From NCBI GenBank assembly GCA_031269945.1, contig JAISYK010000012.1:1785-65784 (forward strand): 64,000 nucleotides of DNA. The letters are read 5' to 3'. Under the pieces are notes generated by a model. That model worked only from the letters and a program-made list of their open reading frames with translations. It searched no databases and was not told the DNA's origin. The position numbers and the translations under genes were made by a program. This DNA is from Candidatus Endomicrobiellum calonymphae. Its GTDB lineage: Bacteria > Elusimicrobiota > Endomicrobiia > Endomicrobiales > Endomicrobiaceae. Of this stretch, positions 31,931 to 43,261 are shown piece by piece (the stretch's first letter is position 1; each line of letters begins with the position of its first letter).

Positions 31931-33355
31931 ATGATCAAAAAAGATGGTTTGAAGTTATTTATTGCTGTCACATTGTTTACATTATCAATTTGGGCGTTGT
32001 GGCCGTCGTGTAAATGGATGTTGATGTGTAGCAGTGAAAGGGAGCATGCGGAGAAAGAAAGGGATCCGATTTTAAATAAAGTTTTAAAATTGGGGTTAGA
32101 TTTGAAAGGTGGGACGCATCTTCTTTTAGAGGTTGATTCGTCTAAGTTGTGTGAAAATATAAAAATTAAAGATGCTGTTGACAAAGCAGTTGAGGTTATT
32201 AGAGATAGAATTGATCAGTTTGGTGTAGCTGAACCTGTGGTCACAAAGCAAGGAAGTAAATGGATTATAGTGCAGCTTCCTGGAGTTAAAGATCCTAAAG
32301 CTGCAAAAGAATTGATAGGTAAGACTGCACTGCTTGAATTCAGGATAGTAAACACGAGTAAGGATGCAAATCGTGTTATTGAACTTATCTCTGGAAGAAA
32401 AATTACGCCTGGACAGTGTAGGGGAAATTTAGATATGTATCCCGAAATCAAGGCTGTTATGCCTAAGGGTGCGTCGATTTTTGAAAGTAAGGGAGGCGAA
32501 TGTTACGTTTTGGATGGGGTTCTATTGACAGGAGCTTCTCTAAAAAATGCAAAAGTTGAATTTGATGAATTCGGGCATTCTAGAGTTTCTATAGAATTTA
32601 CTAAAGAAGGTGGTAGAGCATTTGAAAGGATAACTGCGAAAAATAAAGACAAAAACCTGGCTATAGTCCTTGATGGTTTTGTACAATCTGCACCTGTAAT
32701 TCGTTCGACAGTTCCTAATGGAAGAGCAGTTATTGAGGGCGATTTTAATTCTGAGGATGCACGATTTCTTGCAACTGTTTTAAGGGCTGGGGCTTTGCCG
32801 GTTCCTGTTAAAGTAATAGAAGAGAGAATGATTGGCCCATCGTTAGGTAACGACTCCATAAAGAAAGGGCTCAGATCATCTGTTATTGGTGTTTTAGCGG
32901 TTTCCATTTTTATGATCGCATATTACCGTTTGTCTGGACTTATTGCGAATGTAGGCCTTATTTTAAATTTAATAATGCTTATGGCTGTAATGTCTTATTT
33001 TCAATTTACTCTTACGCTTCCGGGAGTGGCTGGTATAGCTTTGACACTTGCTATGGCCTTTGATGCAAATATACTTATATTAGAAAGAATACGCGAGGAA
33101 CTTTCCAATGGAAAGACCTCAAGAGTTGCAGTAGATACTGGTTATCAGAAAGTTTTTTGGACTATTTTTGATGCTAATTTTACAACTCTTATAGCTGCAT
33201 TTTTTTTATTTCAATTTGGTGCAGGACCTATAAAGGGTTTTGCCGTTACTCTTTCGATAGGACTTATAATAAGTATGTTTACTTCTATTACAGTAACTAA
33301 GCTTATTTATGAGTTTTTATTCAAAGAGAATTTTTTATTGAAAATAAAAATATGA
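31931..33355 (+). CDS. secD: Protein translocase subunit SecD
   Basis: LGLDLKGG, DQFGVAEP, LAIVLDG, LRAGALP, GPSLG, DAN.LI.ERIREE, DAN.TT. Confidence 0.98.
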   Translation: MIKKDGLKLFIAVTLFTLSIWALWPSCKWMLMCSSEREHAEKERDPILNKVLKLGLDLKGGTHLLLEVDSSKLCENIKIKDAVDKAVEVIRDRIDQFGVAEPVVTKQGSKWIIVQLPGVKDPKAAKELIGKTALLEFRIVNTSKDANRVIELISGRKITPGQCRGNLDMYPEIKAVMPKGASIFESKGGECYVLDGVLLTGASLKNAKVEFDEFGHSRVSIEFTKEGGRAFERITAKNKDKNLAIVLDGFVQSAPVIRSTVPNGRAVIEGDFNSEDARFLATVLRAGALPVPVKVIEERMIGPSLGNDSIKKGLRSSVIGVLAVSIFMIAYYRLSGLIANVGLILNLIMLMAVMSYFQFTLTLPGVAGIALTLAMAFDANILILERIREELSNGKTSRVAVDTGYQKVFWTIFDANFTTLIAAFFLFQFGAGPIKGFAVTLSIGLIISMFTSITVTKLIYEFLFKENFLLKIKI

Positions 33356-33366
33356 TGGGAGAGTAG

Positions 33367-34278
33367 ATGCAATTTTTTAGGTGTATGAATATGGATTTTA
33401 TTAAAAATCGTTATAAGTTTTTTTTGGTCTCTGGCTTTTTGTTGGCGGTAACTGTATTTGCTTTGATTTACAGGGGCGGTCCGAATTATGGGATTGATTT
33501 TGCAGGTGGTATTTTTATGCAGATTTCTTTTAAGAGTAAGGTTAAATTGCAAAATTTTCGCGAGGCCGTAAAAGAAAGTGGTATAAATTTTTTTGAGCTC
33601 CAGAGCTCTGAGAATGTCATTATATTAAGGACAAAAAAGGGTACAGAATCTTTAGAAGAGGTTGAGAAGTTAGTTAAGAATTCAATAGAATCAAAATTTT
33701 CAGACAATGTGGTAAAGATTGATAAAGTAGAGTATGTAGGATCTACCGTTGGCAAATATTTTTTGAAGCAAGCTGTTTATGCATTTTTATTTGCGTTTTT
33801 AGGGATGATTGTGTATCTTGCCTTTAGATTTAAATCTAGTTTGTGGGGTATTGTTTCTGTTATAGGCGTTTTGCATGATGTTTTCATATGTTTTGGTTTT
33901 TTGGTTTTTGCAAGTAAAGAGATCAATATAACAGTCGTTGCTGCTCTTCTTGCGGTTGCCGGGTATTCGATTAATGATACTGTAGTTTTGTTTGATAGAA
34001 TAAAAGAAAATTTAGAGTTTGTAGTTAAAGAAAACCTTTCGACTGTAATTAATAAAAGTATAAACGAAGTTCTTGCGAGGACTGTTGTCACTTCTTTTAC
34101 AGTTTTTATTATTGCATGCTCGCTGTTTTTCTTAGGCGGAGAAGTTATACATACTTTTGCGTATGTAATGATTATTGGGACAGTTGTTGGAGTATTTTCT
34201 TCAATATTTGTTTGTGCTCCGATTGTCTATGAATGGGAGATACGAAAAAATAAACGTTTAAAAAAAGTGCTACCTTAA
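33367..34278 (+). CDS. secF: Protein translocase subunit SecF
   Basis: GIDF.GG, HD, GYSINDTVV.FDRIKEN, RT..TS. Confidence 0.97.
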   Translation: MQFFRCMNMDFIKNRYKFFLVSGFLLAVTVFALIYRGGPNYGIDFAGGIFMQISFKSKVKLQNFREAVKESGINFFELQSSENVIILRTKKGTESLEEVEKLVKNSIESKFSDNVVKIDKVEYVGSTVGKYFLKQAVYAFLFAFLGMIVYLAFRFKSSLWGIVSVIGVLHDVFICFGFLVFASKEINITVVAALLAVAGYSINDTVVLFDRIKENLEFVVKENLSTVINKSINEVLARTVVTSFTVFIIACSLFFLGGEVIHTFAYVMIIGTVVGVFSSIFVCAPIVYEWEIRKNKRLKKVLP

Positions 34279-34769
34279 AACCAAAACATTAAGAAGTTTT
34301 CTATAATATGATGTGAAGAATTGATAATTTTAGAGTAAATTTGTATGTGGGGTAAACTTCGCGTTTAGCGATGATGGGTTGTAGGGTGTTACTTGGACTA
34401 CTGGGACTGTTTGAAGAAATTGAAAAATCGGTTCGGCAGTGTGTGTTGTTGTTGTCTTTGTTGTGAATTTGTTTCGTGCTGTATTCTAATTTATTACAAA
34501 TCTCCTTTTCTCATGAGTGTTTTTTTTTGTAACTTTGGGGTGTGTGGGTCTTTATGTAAAAAAATATGAAAAGGATAAGGAAATTTTTGGGAAATATTGA
34601 TATTTCCGAAAACTTGCGTATAGTGGCTGCAAAGAATATTTCTATTAGAAAATGGATACGAGTATAGAATCTAAAAAACTTAATCCTATGAATATTTTTT
34701 ATATAGAGTGTTTTGCTGTGTGTCATTAAAGAAATTATATAAAGCTAATAAAGTAGATGCTGAGTGGAA

Positions 34770-36060
34770 ATAATAAAAAATTTTACAAATATTATAGAAT
34801 TTTTTTGTTGTACTTTACGATGTTCTGGGTATTTTGTTTTTACCGTTTAACGTTTTGTTGCTTTAGTTAGTTTTTAATGATGAGTGTAACCAGAGGGGAC
34901 GTCTTCCATTTTATAAATTATCAGGTCTATGAACTGTAAGGTAAAAATCTAAAGATATTTTTTTTGGTATGCTGTGTGTTTCTCTTGACAAAAGAGTGCA
35001 TGGCGTATAGCTTGTTTTAGAAAATCTCAAAAATGAATATTACATTGTTTTAACGTTTTTTGTTGGTAGTGGGAGTAGGGCTATGCATAAAGTTTGAAAA
35101 AAGTGAATCTTATAATGTTTCTTTCATTGGATATAGTATCCCCCTCATCTACTGTACGTAAGTTTTTAATATTGTTAAGCTCCGGATACATATTTGTATT
35201 TGTTGATGCGGAAATTTATAAGTATAGTGTACTTTATGTTGTATATCACAAGAATATGACAAGAATATGAGAACGGTTAAATGGCAGAATGGTCATCTTG
35301 ATCGTTTAAAATTATAAAAAATTTAGGTTTTTCTGAAACGGATTTATTGTGTTGGTTTACATATGCTGCTATTGCGGTGAATAAAGATGATACTAATGGG
35401 TTTTTATTTTTAACTAATGGTAAATGTAAGGTTATCGTTTCTGAAAATATAAAGTACGACAGAAATTTTATACTAAGTTAGAAAAGAGAAGTTTTTTTTT
35501 GCAAAGCGAATTTTGTGTTTTCTGCAGAGGCAGTAGAGGATAGAGAGGAGTTGTGTACGTAGTGCAAAAAGATAAATGTGGCGATAGTTCCTTACAATAA
35601 GTTGTTTACTAAAGATAAGATAATTATGCTTTTTAACTCCTGTGGCAGATTACTGATAAATATTACTGAGCAAAAGATATATTAAGGTGGTTAGAGTACC
35701 AGTACAGTTCTAGGCTTAAAATTTTAATTGTACAGTTTGATACAGTAAATAGGGGATATATTTTTGTGGTTGTGGTTTGTTATTTTTTTTAGCCTGTTCT
35801 TTCAGCAACGAAGAAAAGATATCCTAATGTGAGATTAAGCTGAATTGTTGATGGAAGATATTCTGTGGAAATTTTAGATGATGATTCCTTTCTTTGCTGG
35901 ATAAAAATTTAAGATGACAATTGAAAAAGCTAAAGTTTGACTTAAGTATAAAAGAAAATTTACACGAATTTATTAAGTCTGCGTTGTTTGCTTGTGTTTG
36001 TTATATATATTGTTAATGCTAAGTTTGAATTTTAGCTTCCTAGCGCCTATGGAAGCTATG
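34770..36060 (+). pseudogene. Decayed membrane-protein gene, possibly LptF/LptG-type LPS export permease
   Basis: Hydrophobic fragments flanking a soluble stretch, LENLKNE...G.G segment, location beside GT9 remnants; weak assignment. Confidence 0.3.
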
Positions 36061-36084
36061 TGATGGAGTTTCGTAGCTGCTTTC

Positions 36085-37015
36085 AAAGGAAGTGAAATTT
36101 TTTAAAAATTGTCATCGGGGTGAACGTCGTTTTGATATTGAAAAATATTTAGGCTGGTTGTTATGATGTTAAATAAACTGAGTTATTTTTGATATGTGCG
36201 TGGACTTTCGTTTTGAAAGTTTGTCCTGATGTTGATAAAATAATACTTTGCAATAAAGGAAAGGCGGTAATAAAGTTTTTTTAAACGTTGATAATAATAG
36301 ATAATAGTTAATGAGAAAAGATTTGATTATAGATTTGTAGGGACTTTAAAGCAGTTGCATTACTTGTAAAATTTATAAAATCTAGAATTAAGAGTTAAGA
36401 GGGTCTGGAATGAAAGTGTGAAGGAATTTAGTAATCTTTCGATAGAGGATGTGTATATCTCCAACCAAAGTGATAATCTAAATGTCATGCTTTATAATTT
36501 TGAAATTATTCGTTTTTTTGATTGGTAAAAATTATTGTCCCAAAATCAATATAAAAATGAATTTAAATGTGGGTGTAACCTTGCAAAATAATAAATTTTG
36601 AGAATTTTTGTAAAAAGAAAAGGGAAGGATTAAGCATATGTACACAATTACTATAAATTTGTCAATTTGATAAAGAATAAGTGCTTTATAGTATGCAGAT
36701 TGTAATTTTTCGGTTCAATTAAAGATTTTGACAAAATAAATTTTGATATGACTATAGGTTTATGCGGTAAAACTGGCATAAAAAAACTCGCGACTGTTTT
36801 GTTAAAAAGCAAAGTTAATATTGGCATAGATACCGAACTTATGCACTAGTCAGGAGTTTTACAAATTCCTCAATTTTTGTTTCTAGATTTTTACGGGCGT
36901 TAGTAATACGTCTCCCTATGTACGAAGGTTTTCACATGTTTTAGAATAAAATGGTTTTAAAAGCATTAACTGATTATATTGAACCGGAGGTGATGCCTTT
37001 GTAGTGATAAACAAA
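36085..37015 (+). pseudogene. GT9 (LPS heptosyltransferase WaaC/WaaF-like) remnant 1
   Basis: Fragments CPDVDKII, DLIIDL*G and IGLCGKTGIKKLATVLLKSKVNIGIDTELMH (cf. L.GKT.L.EL....IG.DTG.MH). Confidence 0.75.
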
Positions 37016-37870
37016 ATGAATAAAATATTTTTCCCCCGTGAATCACACAGCTTGGAGATTCGCTTTTTTCGACTCCTGTCTTCAAAGTTGTATGTCACAA
37101 GAGTCAAAAGAGTTAAATATAAAATAAAGATATATTCCCGTTGTTGTACTTTGCAATAGCTCCGCTTTTAGTATTTTGTGTTTAGTTGATGAACATAATA
37201 AATACATGAAAGTGAAAGTTTTATAAAAGATATGTGGGAATATAAGCAAAGAGAGATTTGTCAAAGTTATTTTCTTTCAGAGTAAACAAATTTATTGATT
37301 TCATCTTGTCTTGTTTTGCTAAAACAGAAACAAGGGTGATTTCTTTTGAGACATCATCTTGGAGAAGCTACGTGGTGTGTTATATTGGATATTTTTGAAG
37401 ATAACTTAAGTAATGTCAAAAGGTATATATAGTTTGCAGTAAAATAATCTTGATGTTAAGGAAACAATTGCTATTTCGTTAAGTGCAAGTAGAAGAAAAT
37501 TATGTAAATATCTGGAAGAGGTTGAAGTGATATATATTTTATCGCAATGTAGATTAGAATGCGGGTTTTTAGATGCAATTCGTGAGAGTGAATTATTGAA
37601 TAGGATTACTAAGAAACGCAAGACTTTCCTAAAATATTTGTCGCAGAAAAAAAGATTTTAGGTAATGCTACAGTTTTGAAAGTGTGTTACTACAGACTCT
37701 GGGAATATTCATTTGGTTGCCGCTGTTGGAACAACAAAATTCGTATAGGCGAGCTTGCGGCCGAACAGATACAATTCAAGTTGTGCCTCTTTCCGTCTGT
37801 GTAGAGAGGTGCGTTTGTGTACAATAATATTAAAGGTAACTTGAGGGTAAGATTGTGATGGGGTGGTGAG
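37016..37870 (+). pseudogene. GT9 (LPS heptosyltransferase) remnant 2
   Basis: Fragments QLGDSLFSTPVFK and TTDSGNIHLVAAVGT (cf. .GD....TP and DSG..HLAAA.G). Confidence 0.75.
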
Positions 37871-37940
37871 GAAAACTCATCAATAGGTATTGTATCAAAA
37901 GATATGGACTAAGAGTAATAATTTAGAGAGGAAAATTCAA

Positions 37941-39605
37941 GTGAATAAAAAATTAACTTGTATTTCTAAGCTTCAGGTAGAAAGAAGAAAATTTAGGCCT
38001 GTTCTTCCAGATATACTGAAAAAAGGTGCTTCTTTTATAAGGCTTGTTAAGGGGAAATTTATGAGTTCTGCTGTGGATCAGGTCAATTTAAGGAAAATTT
38101 TTAAAAATACGTATGGTTTGCCTGAAATTATGTTTAAAAGAGGTGCAAGTGTAGATATTTCCAAAAAATCTATAAAAGTCGCTGTGGTTTTTTCTGGGGG
38201 ACAAGCTCCTGGAGGACATAATGTTATAGCTGGGCTTTTTGATGGATTGAAAAAAGCGAATAAAAAAAATATTTTAATAGGATATTTAGGTGGTCCTTCT
38301 GGAATTTTAGAGAATAGGTATAAATTGATTTCTAAAAAAATGTTATTTAACTATAGAAATACCGGTGGTTTTGATTTTATACAATCTGGAAGAGCTAAGA
38401 TTGAGACACCTGAGCAATTTCGTTTAATTAAAGATAATTTTTCAGCTTCTAAAGTTGATGCGTTAGTAATTGTCGGAGGTGATGATTCAAATACTAATGC
38501 TGCTATGATAGCTGAATATATGGAAAAAGAAAATTTGAATAAGTGCGTTGTAGGAGTTCCTAAAACTATTGATGGGGACTTAAAAAATGATTATATTGAA
38601 GCTTCGTTTGGTTTTGATACAGCTACAAAAATTTATTCGGAACTTGTTGGGAATATTTGTAGAGATGTAAATTCGTCGCGAAAATATTGGCATTTTGTAC
38701 GTCTTATGGGGAGAAGTGCTTCTCATATTACATTAGAAGTTGGGCTTAAAACTCAGCCTAATATTGTTTTAATTGGCGAAGAAATTTTGGAAAGTAAAAT
38801 GACACTTGTTCAAGTAGTTGAATATATTGTTAGTATTATAGTTAAACGGTCGCAGGATGGTAAAAATTTCGGAGTTATTTTAGTACCGGAAGGACTTATA
38901 GAGTTTATATATGAGATAAAAGAGTTAATATATAATCTCAACGATGTTTTAGTTAAAAATGCCGAAATTGTTACGAATGAGGAGAAAAAAGAGTTTGTTT
39001 ATGCTAAACTTCCTAAGGAACATTTTAATTTTATGAAATCTCTTCCTATTGAAATTGCTTCACAGCTTATGTTGGACAGGGATCCTCATGGAAATGTTCG
39101 AGTATCATTGATTGAAACGGAAAAACTTTTAGTTGAGATGGTAAAAAAAAGGCTTTTGGAGCTTAAAAAAGAGGATAAGTATGAATGGAAATTTTCGGCG
39201 ATTACGCATTTTTTTGGATATGAAGGACGCTGTGGAATACCGTCAAATTTTGATGCTAATTACACTTATGCTTTAGGATACAACTCGGCTGTGCTTGTGC
39301 TAAATGGGATTACGGGTTATTTATCGTCAATAAGAAACCTTGTAAGACCTCCAAAATATTGGAAATGTGGTGGAATTCCTCTTACGATGATGATGAATAT
39401 TGAAAAGAGACATGGTGAATATAATCCTGTTATACGAAAAGCTTTAGTTGATTTAAATGGAAAACCATTTAAAAAATTTGTTAAGAACAGAGTAAAATGG
39501 GCTGTTAATGATAGCTATGTTTTTCCAGGACCCGTGCAATACTTTGGCCCCTTAGAGCTGACAGATATGACAACTAAAACTCTTCAATACGAGCGTTCCG
39601 AGTGA
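37941..39605 (+). CDS. pfp: PPi-dependent phosphofructokinase (long clade)
   Basis: GGQAPGGHNV, GGDDSNT, PKTIDGD, MGRSASH, RDPHGN, FGYEGR, PGP.QY; GTG start with AGAGG RBS. Confidence 0.95.
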   Translation: MNKKLTCISKLQVERRKFRPVLPDILKKGASFIRLVKGKFMSSAVDQVNLRKIFKNTYGLPEIMFKRGASVDISKKSIKVAVVFSGGQAPGGHNVIAGLFDGLKKANKKNILIGYLGGPSGILENRYKLISKKMLFNYRNTGGFDFIQSGRAKIETPEQFRLIKDNFSASKVDALVIVGGDDSNTNAAMIAEYMEKENLNKCVVGVPKTIDGDLKNDYIEASFGFDTATKIYSELVGNICRDVNSSRKYWHFVRLMGRSASHITLEVGLKTQPNIVLIGEEILESKMTLVQVVEYIVSIIVKRSQDGKNFGVILVPEGLIEFIYEIKELIYNLNDVLVKNAEIVTNEEKKEFVYAKLPKEHFNFMKSLPIEIASQLMLDRDPHGNVRVSLIETEKLLVEMVKKRLLELKKEDKYEWKFSAITHFFGYEGRCGIPSNFDANYTYALGYNSAVLVLNGITGYLSSIRNLVRPPKYWKCGGIPLTMMMNIEKRHGEYNPVIRKALVDLNGKPFKKFVKNRVKWAVNDSYVFPGPVQYFGPLELTDMTTKTLQYERSE

Positions 39606-40985
39606 AGAATGGTGATTATTAGTGTGGGAGATCAAAACAAAATAGATAAGTTTATGGAAAGTATGTTATTTACTACAAAAAAAAGGGAGCAATGTTTGCG
39701 GTTTTAAGTTTGGTGATAGATGATAAGTAGGTTGTGCTAAATATAGAAGAAAATATGGTTGAAAAAACAATTAAATTGTTATCCTTGAGTTTCAAGTATT
39801 TGAAGTAAGAACTTCGTCTTAATTCTGAACGATGATGATTTGATCTGGTGGATGTTTGTTTAGTAATAACTTCTGTGTAAATTGTTTTAGAATTATTTTT
39901 TGAGAAAGATGGTTTATTATATAGCTAGTAATGTGTGGTTATGTATTTTATTTTAAGTGAAATGTGGATATTGTGCTAAAAGGATAGATCGTTAGTGTGT
40001 CATATAATAACATAATTTCTACCATGGAGAAAGCATGTGATATAAGTGATGTGATTATAACGAGTTAAAAAATTGTTACATTAATGGTTTCAGATTTTTT
40101 ATTTTCTGCAGATTGTGGTAGTGTTAAAAGTAAATCTGGAATTAATGTATCTGGCAGATGAGGTTGCTGAATAATATAATAGGCAATCCGCCTAGATAAG
40201 TATATAAAGTACAAACGGCGTTTTTTGCGTTGCTACAGAAAAGAAAAACGTATCTGATTGAAGGATAAGAAGTGTGTGTATTGGTTGAGGGTATGGCTGT
40301 GCTGGCCGCTGTGCCCACATATATGATTGTGTACTGTATGAGGAGAAAAGGCAAATATGGGAGTTCTGTACTCTTGAATCACACCTAATTTGCGATGCAG
40401 GAAGGAAGAGAGTGATGGAAAAGGGGTTAAAGGAGCGACAATAAAGTTTATCCAGAATTAGTGTTATTTGTGTTTGTAGTATTGGAATTAATAATCTTAA
40501 CTACTACGAGCACGGACGGTGGTGCGATGTTTTGGATAATTATTTGTTTTCTATTTGTGTTGTAGAAAAGTTGGTGACTCACTCTTTATGTAGTAAAATA
40601 ATCACTAAAAGTGTAGGTGCTTCTTGTTTATGTGTAAAGGTTCTCAAAATAGAAAATGATTTAAGAGTGAATGGACCTTTCACTCTTATTGCGTTATGAA
40701 AAAGGCTTAAAGTACATTGATTAAAGTAAGGGGTGATTAGGTGGATAAACAGGAAATGGATAGAAAATACTAGGGAGCTGTACCTTAAAATAGGATGATT
40801 TATTAATGGCTTTTAACGCATACACCTTCTTGTGCGGTGTCTGCGACTGTGTGTTTTTTTTGAAGTCTGAGCTTTCTGTTCTGCGCTGGGTTATTGTGTA
40901 AAATCTGAAGATTTCATTGTTGTGCAAAACGGCCTCTACCGGCGTATATAAGAACTGCCGTCTTGTGGATTCTTTATTCAAACTA

Positions 40986-41258
40986 CTATAATTTTTCTTT
41001 TAAATTTTCAGTAGGCTTAAATGAGATTTTTTTACCGGGTGGAACGGGAATTATCTCCCCAGTTTTGGGATTTCTACCTTGCCTTGCTTTGCAAGATTTA
41101 ACTCTAAAAGACCCCAAACCAGAAAGCGAAATTACTCCGCCATTTTTTAAAGTTGTCTGAACCATTTTAATCAAAGCTTTTATAGCTTTGCTTGAGTCTC
41201 TTTGTGTTAATCCTGAAATACTAGCTACCTCTCTAACAAGTTCGGTTTTTTTTATCAA
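40986..41258 (-). CDS. hup: DNA-binding protein HU
   Basis: K.ELV, GLGSF...AR.GRNPKTGE.I.VP....FKP; TTG start with GAAGGT RBS. Confidence 0.92.
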   Translation of the reverse strand: MIKKTELVREVASISGLTQRDSSKAIKALIKMVQTTLKNGGVISLSGLGSFRVKSCKARQGRNPKTGEIIPVPPGKKISFKPTENLKEKL

Positions 41259-41313
41259 ATTAGTACCTTCGCTATTGTCGCTTATTTTTTTGCAGGGACC
41301 ATCCCACCGCCTC

Positions 41314-41343
41314 ATTGTAAACAAATTTTTATAAATATGTCAA
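41314..41343 (-). promoter_or_regulatory. Sigma70 promoter of hup
   Basis: TTGACA-N18-TACAAT on the - strand. Confidence 0.7.
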
Positions 41344-41511
41344 CCAAATTCTATGTCGGATGTGTTATTTTACTAGAAAATAACGTATAAAATAAACAAT
41401 TGAATATGCTAAATAATAATTGCTAGTCATTAGAAAATTTAAAATTTTTCGTAAAAATAAAAGAATATTTATACTGTATTAGTATTAATGTGTGCGATGA
41501 AATTTTCAAAA

Positions 41512-41541
41512 TTGACAATATGTATATTTTTCATTTATAAT
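41512..41541 (+). promoter_or_regulatory. Sigma70 promoter upstream of tRNA-Ala
   Basis: TTGACA-N18-TATAAT. Confidence 0.65.
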
Positions 41542-41708
41542 CATGGTCCAATGAGTATAAGATTTGTGATTAGTTTAGAATGATAAATTTTTAATCGACA
41601 ATAGATCGTATGCTTGTTATGTAGTAGTTTAAATTGGTGTATGGTGTGCGTTGAGTATTGAAAATTCTTTATGAATAACATACATAAGTTTAAGAATAGG
41701 GAAGAGAT

Positions 41709-41781
<73 letters not shown>

Positions 41782-41940
41782 CTTACTTATGAAAAATTTT
41801 GTTATATAACCAGATAGTTAAGATTTAGACAGTTTAGTTTTTTGATATTAGTTGAAAAAGTTTATAGAGCTATCTGAAGAAATTATGATTTTAAATTTGA
41901 TTATGAGACGGCTTTTGTTTAATTTTTAAGGAATAGTCAA

Positions 41941-42513
41941 GTGGTTTTAAAGGTTATTTCTGGTATAGCACGTGGAAGAATGTTAAAAACTTTGCCTATT
42001 AGTGATTTGTCCGTACGTCCTATGCTTGGTAGAATAAAAAAGTCTGTCTTTGACATAATAAAATTTAAAATTCCTTATTCTGTTTTTATTGATTTATTTG
42101 CAGGTGTAGGTTCGGTTGGAATTGAAGCTCTTTCACGAGGTGCAAAAGAAGTTGTGTTTGTAGAATTGAGTGATATTTCTTTGTCGCTTATTAAGCATAA
42201 CATAGGTATGTTGGGTTTCAATGATAGAGCAAAAATAATTAAATGTGATATAGTGAAATGTTTTTCTATTTTGCAAGGCAAATATGATATAATCTTCGTC
42301 GGGCCTCCTTATGTGGATGAGAATAGGAATACGGTTGCTTTTACGAATAATGTGTTAAAAAGTTCAGTAAAATATGATATCCTGAAGGGTGACTCTGTAC
42401 TTATCACGCAGAGGCACATAAGGGAGCCTGTAGAAAATGTTGAAGGTCTTGAATGTTTTAGATCGGAAAGATATGGGAATACTCTTGTTTCATTCTATAA
42501 ACGTGTGATATGA
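41941..42513 (+). CDS. rsmD: 16S rRNA m2G966 methyltransferase RsmD
   Basis: VISG.ARGR.L, RP, DLFAG.GS.GIEALSRGA, .PPY, YG.T. Confidence 0.94.
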   Translation: MVLKVISGIARGRMLKTLPISDLSVRPMLGRIKKSVFDIIKFKIPYSVFIDLFAGVGSVGIEALSRGAKEVVFVELSDISLSLIKHNIGMLGFNDRAKIIKCDIVKCFSILQGKYDIIFVGPPYVDENRNTVAFTNNVLKSSVKYDILKGDSVLITQRHIREPVENVEGLECFRSERYGNTLVSFYKRVI

Positions 42514-43232
42514 AAATGAGGCAGAATTTTAAAATAAGTTATTCAAGAATTAGCACATATTTATTTTGCCCTAATAAATATAAGCTCGTGTATTTGGACA
42601 ATGTTTATATCCCTCTCAGTGTAGATATTGTTTTCGGACATATAATTCATAAGACTCTTGAACGGTTTCATAGTCTTGAAAAGTCAAGTTATGATTTGTT
42701 GTTGGAATGCTATGATGATTCATGGAGAAGTGACGGATTTGTTAATCCTCAACAGGTTTTTGAATATTACCAACGAGGCAAACAAATGCTTGAGAATTAT
42801 TACAGATCTTTCAAGGAGTCAAATAGTGAAGTTTTGTATGTTGAAAAGTCGTTTGATGCTAATATAGGGAAGTACAGATTTGTGGGTATTATTGATAGAA
42901 TCGACAGATATCCTGACGGAACATATGAAATTATTGACTATAAGACTCACGTGAATGTATGGGGGCCTGAAAAGATAGATAAGGACTTACAGTTGAGTTT
43001 TTATGCTTATGCTTGCAGAAGTGTTTTTGGTTTTAATCCGGACAAGATGTCGATCTATTTTTTGTCCGAAAATAAAAAAGTTTATACAACAAAGTCTCAA
43101 GGCGAAATATCTGATGCGATAGATATTGCAGTGAGTACTTCGGAAAATATAGTAGCGGAAAATTTTGATCCAGATGTCTCAAAATGCCATATATGTGATT
43201 TAAAGTTCAAGTGTAGATTTTGTATAGCTTGA
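42510..43232 (+). CDS. PD-(D/E)XK RecB/AddB/Cas4-like nuclease with putative 4Fe-4S staple
   Basis: SYS....Y..CP..Y, G..H..LE, E, G.IDRID, IIDYKT, QL..YA, C..C.....C. Confidence 0.88.
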   Translation: MKMRQNFKISYSRISTYLFCPNKYKLVYLDNVYIPLSVDIVFGHIIHKTLERFHSLEKSSYDLLLECYDDSWRSDGFVNPQQVFEYYQRGKQMLENYYRSFKESNSEVLYVEKSFDANIGKYRFVGIIDRIDRYPDGTYEIIDYKTHVNVWGPEKIDKDLQLSFYAYACRSVFGFNPDKMSIYFLSENKKVYTTKSQGEISDAIDIAVSTSENIVAENFDPDVSKCHICDLKFKCRFCIA

Positions 43233-43261
43233 AAGATTGAAAATTGACGTAGGGGAGACGT

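Noticed and set aside
39610-40950. Possible recG or rlmH remnant
   Set aside because: Motif-like pieces have the wrong spacing; cannot be supported
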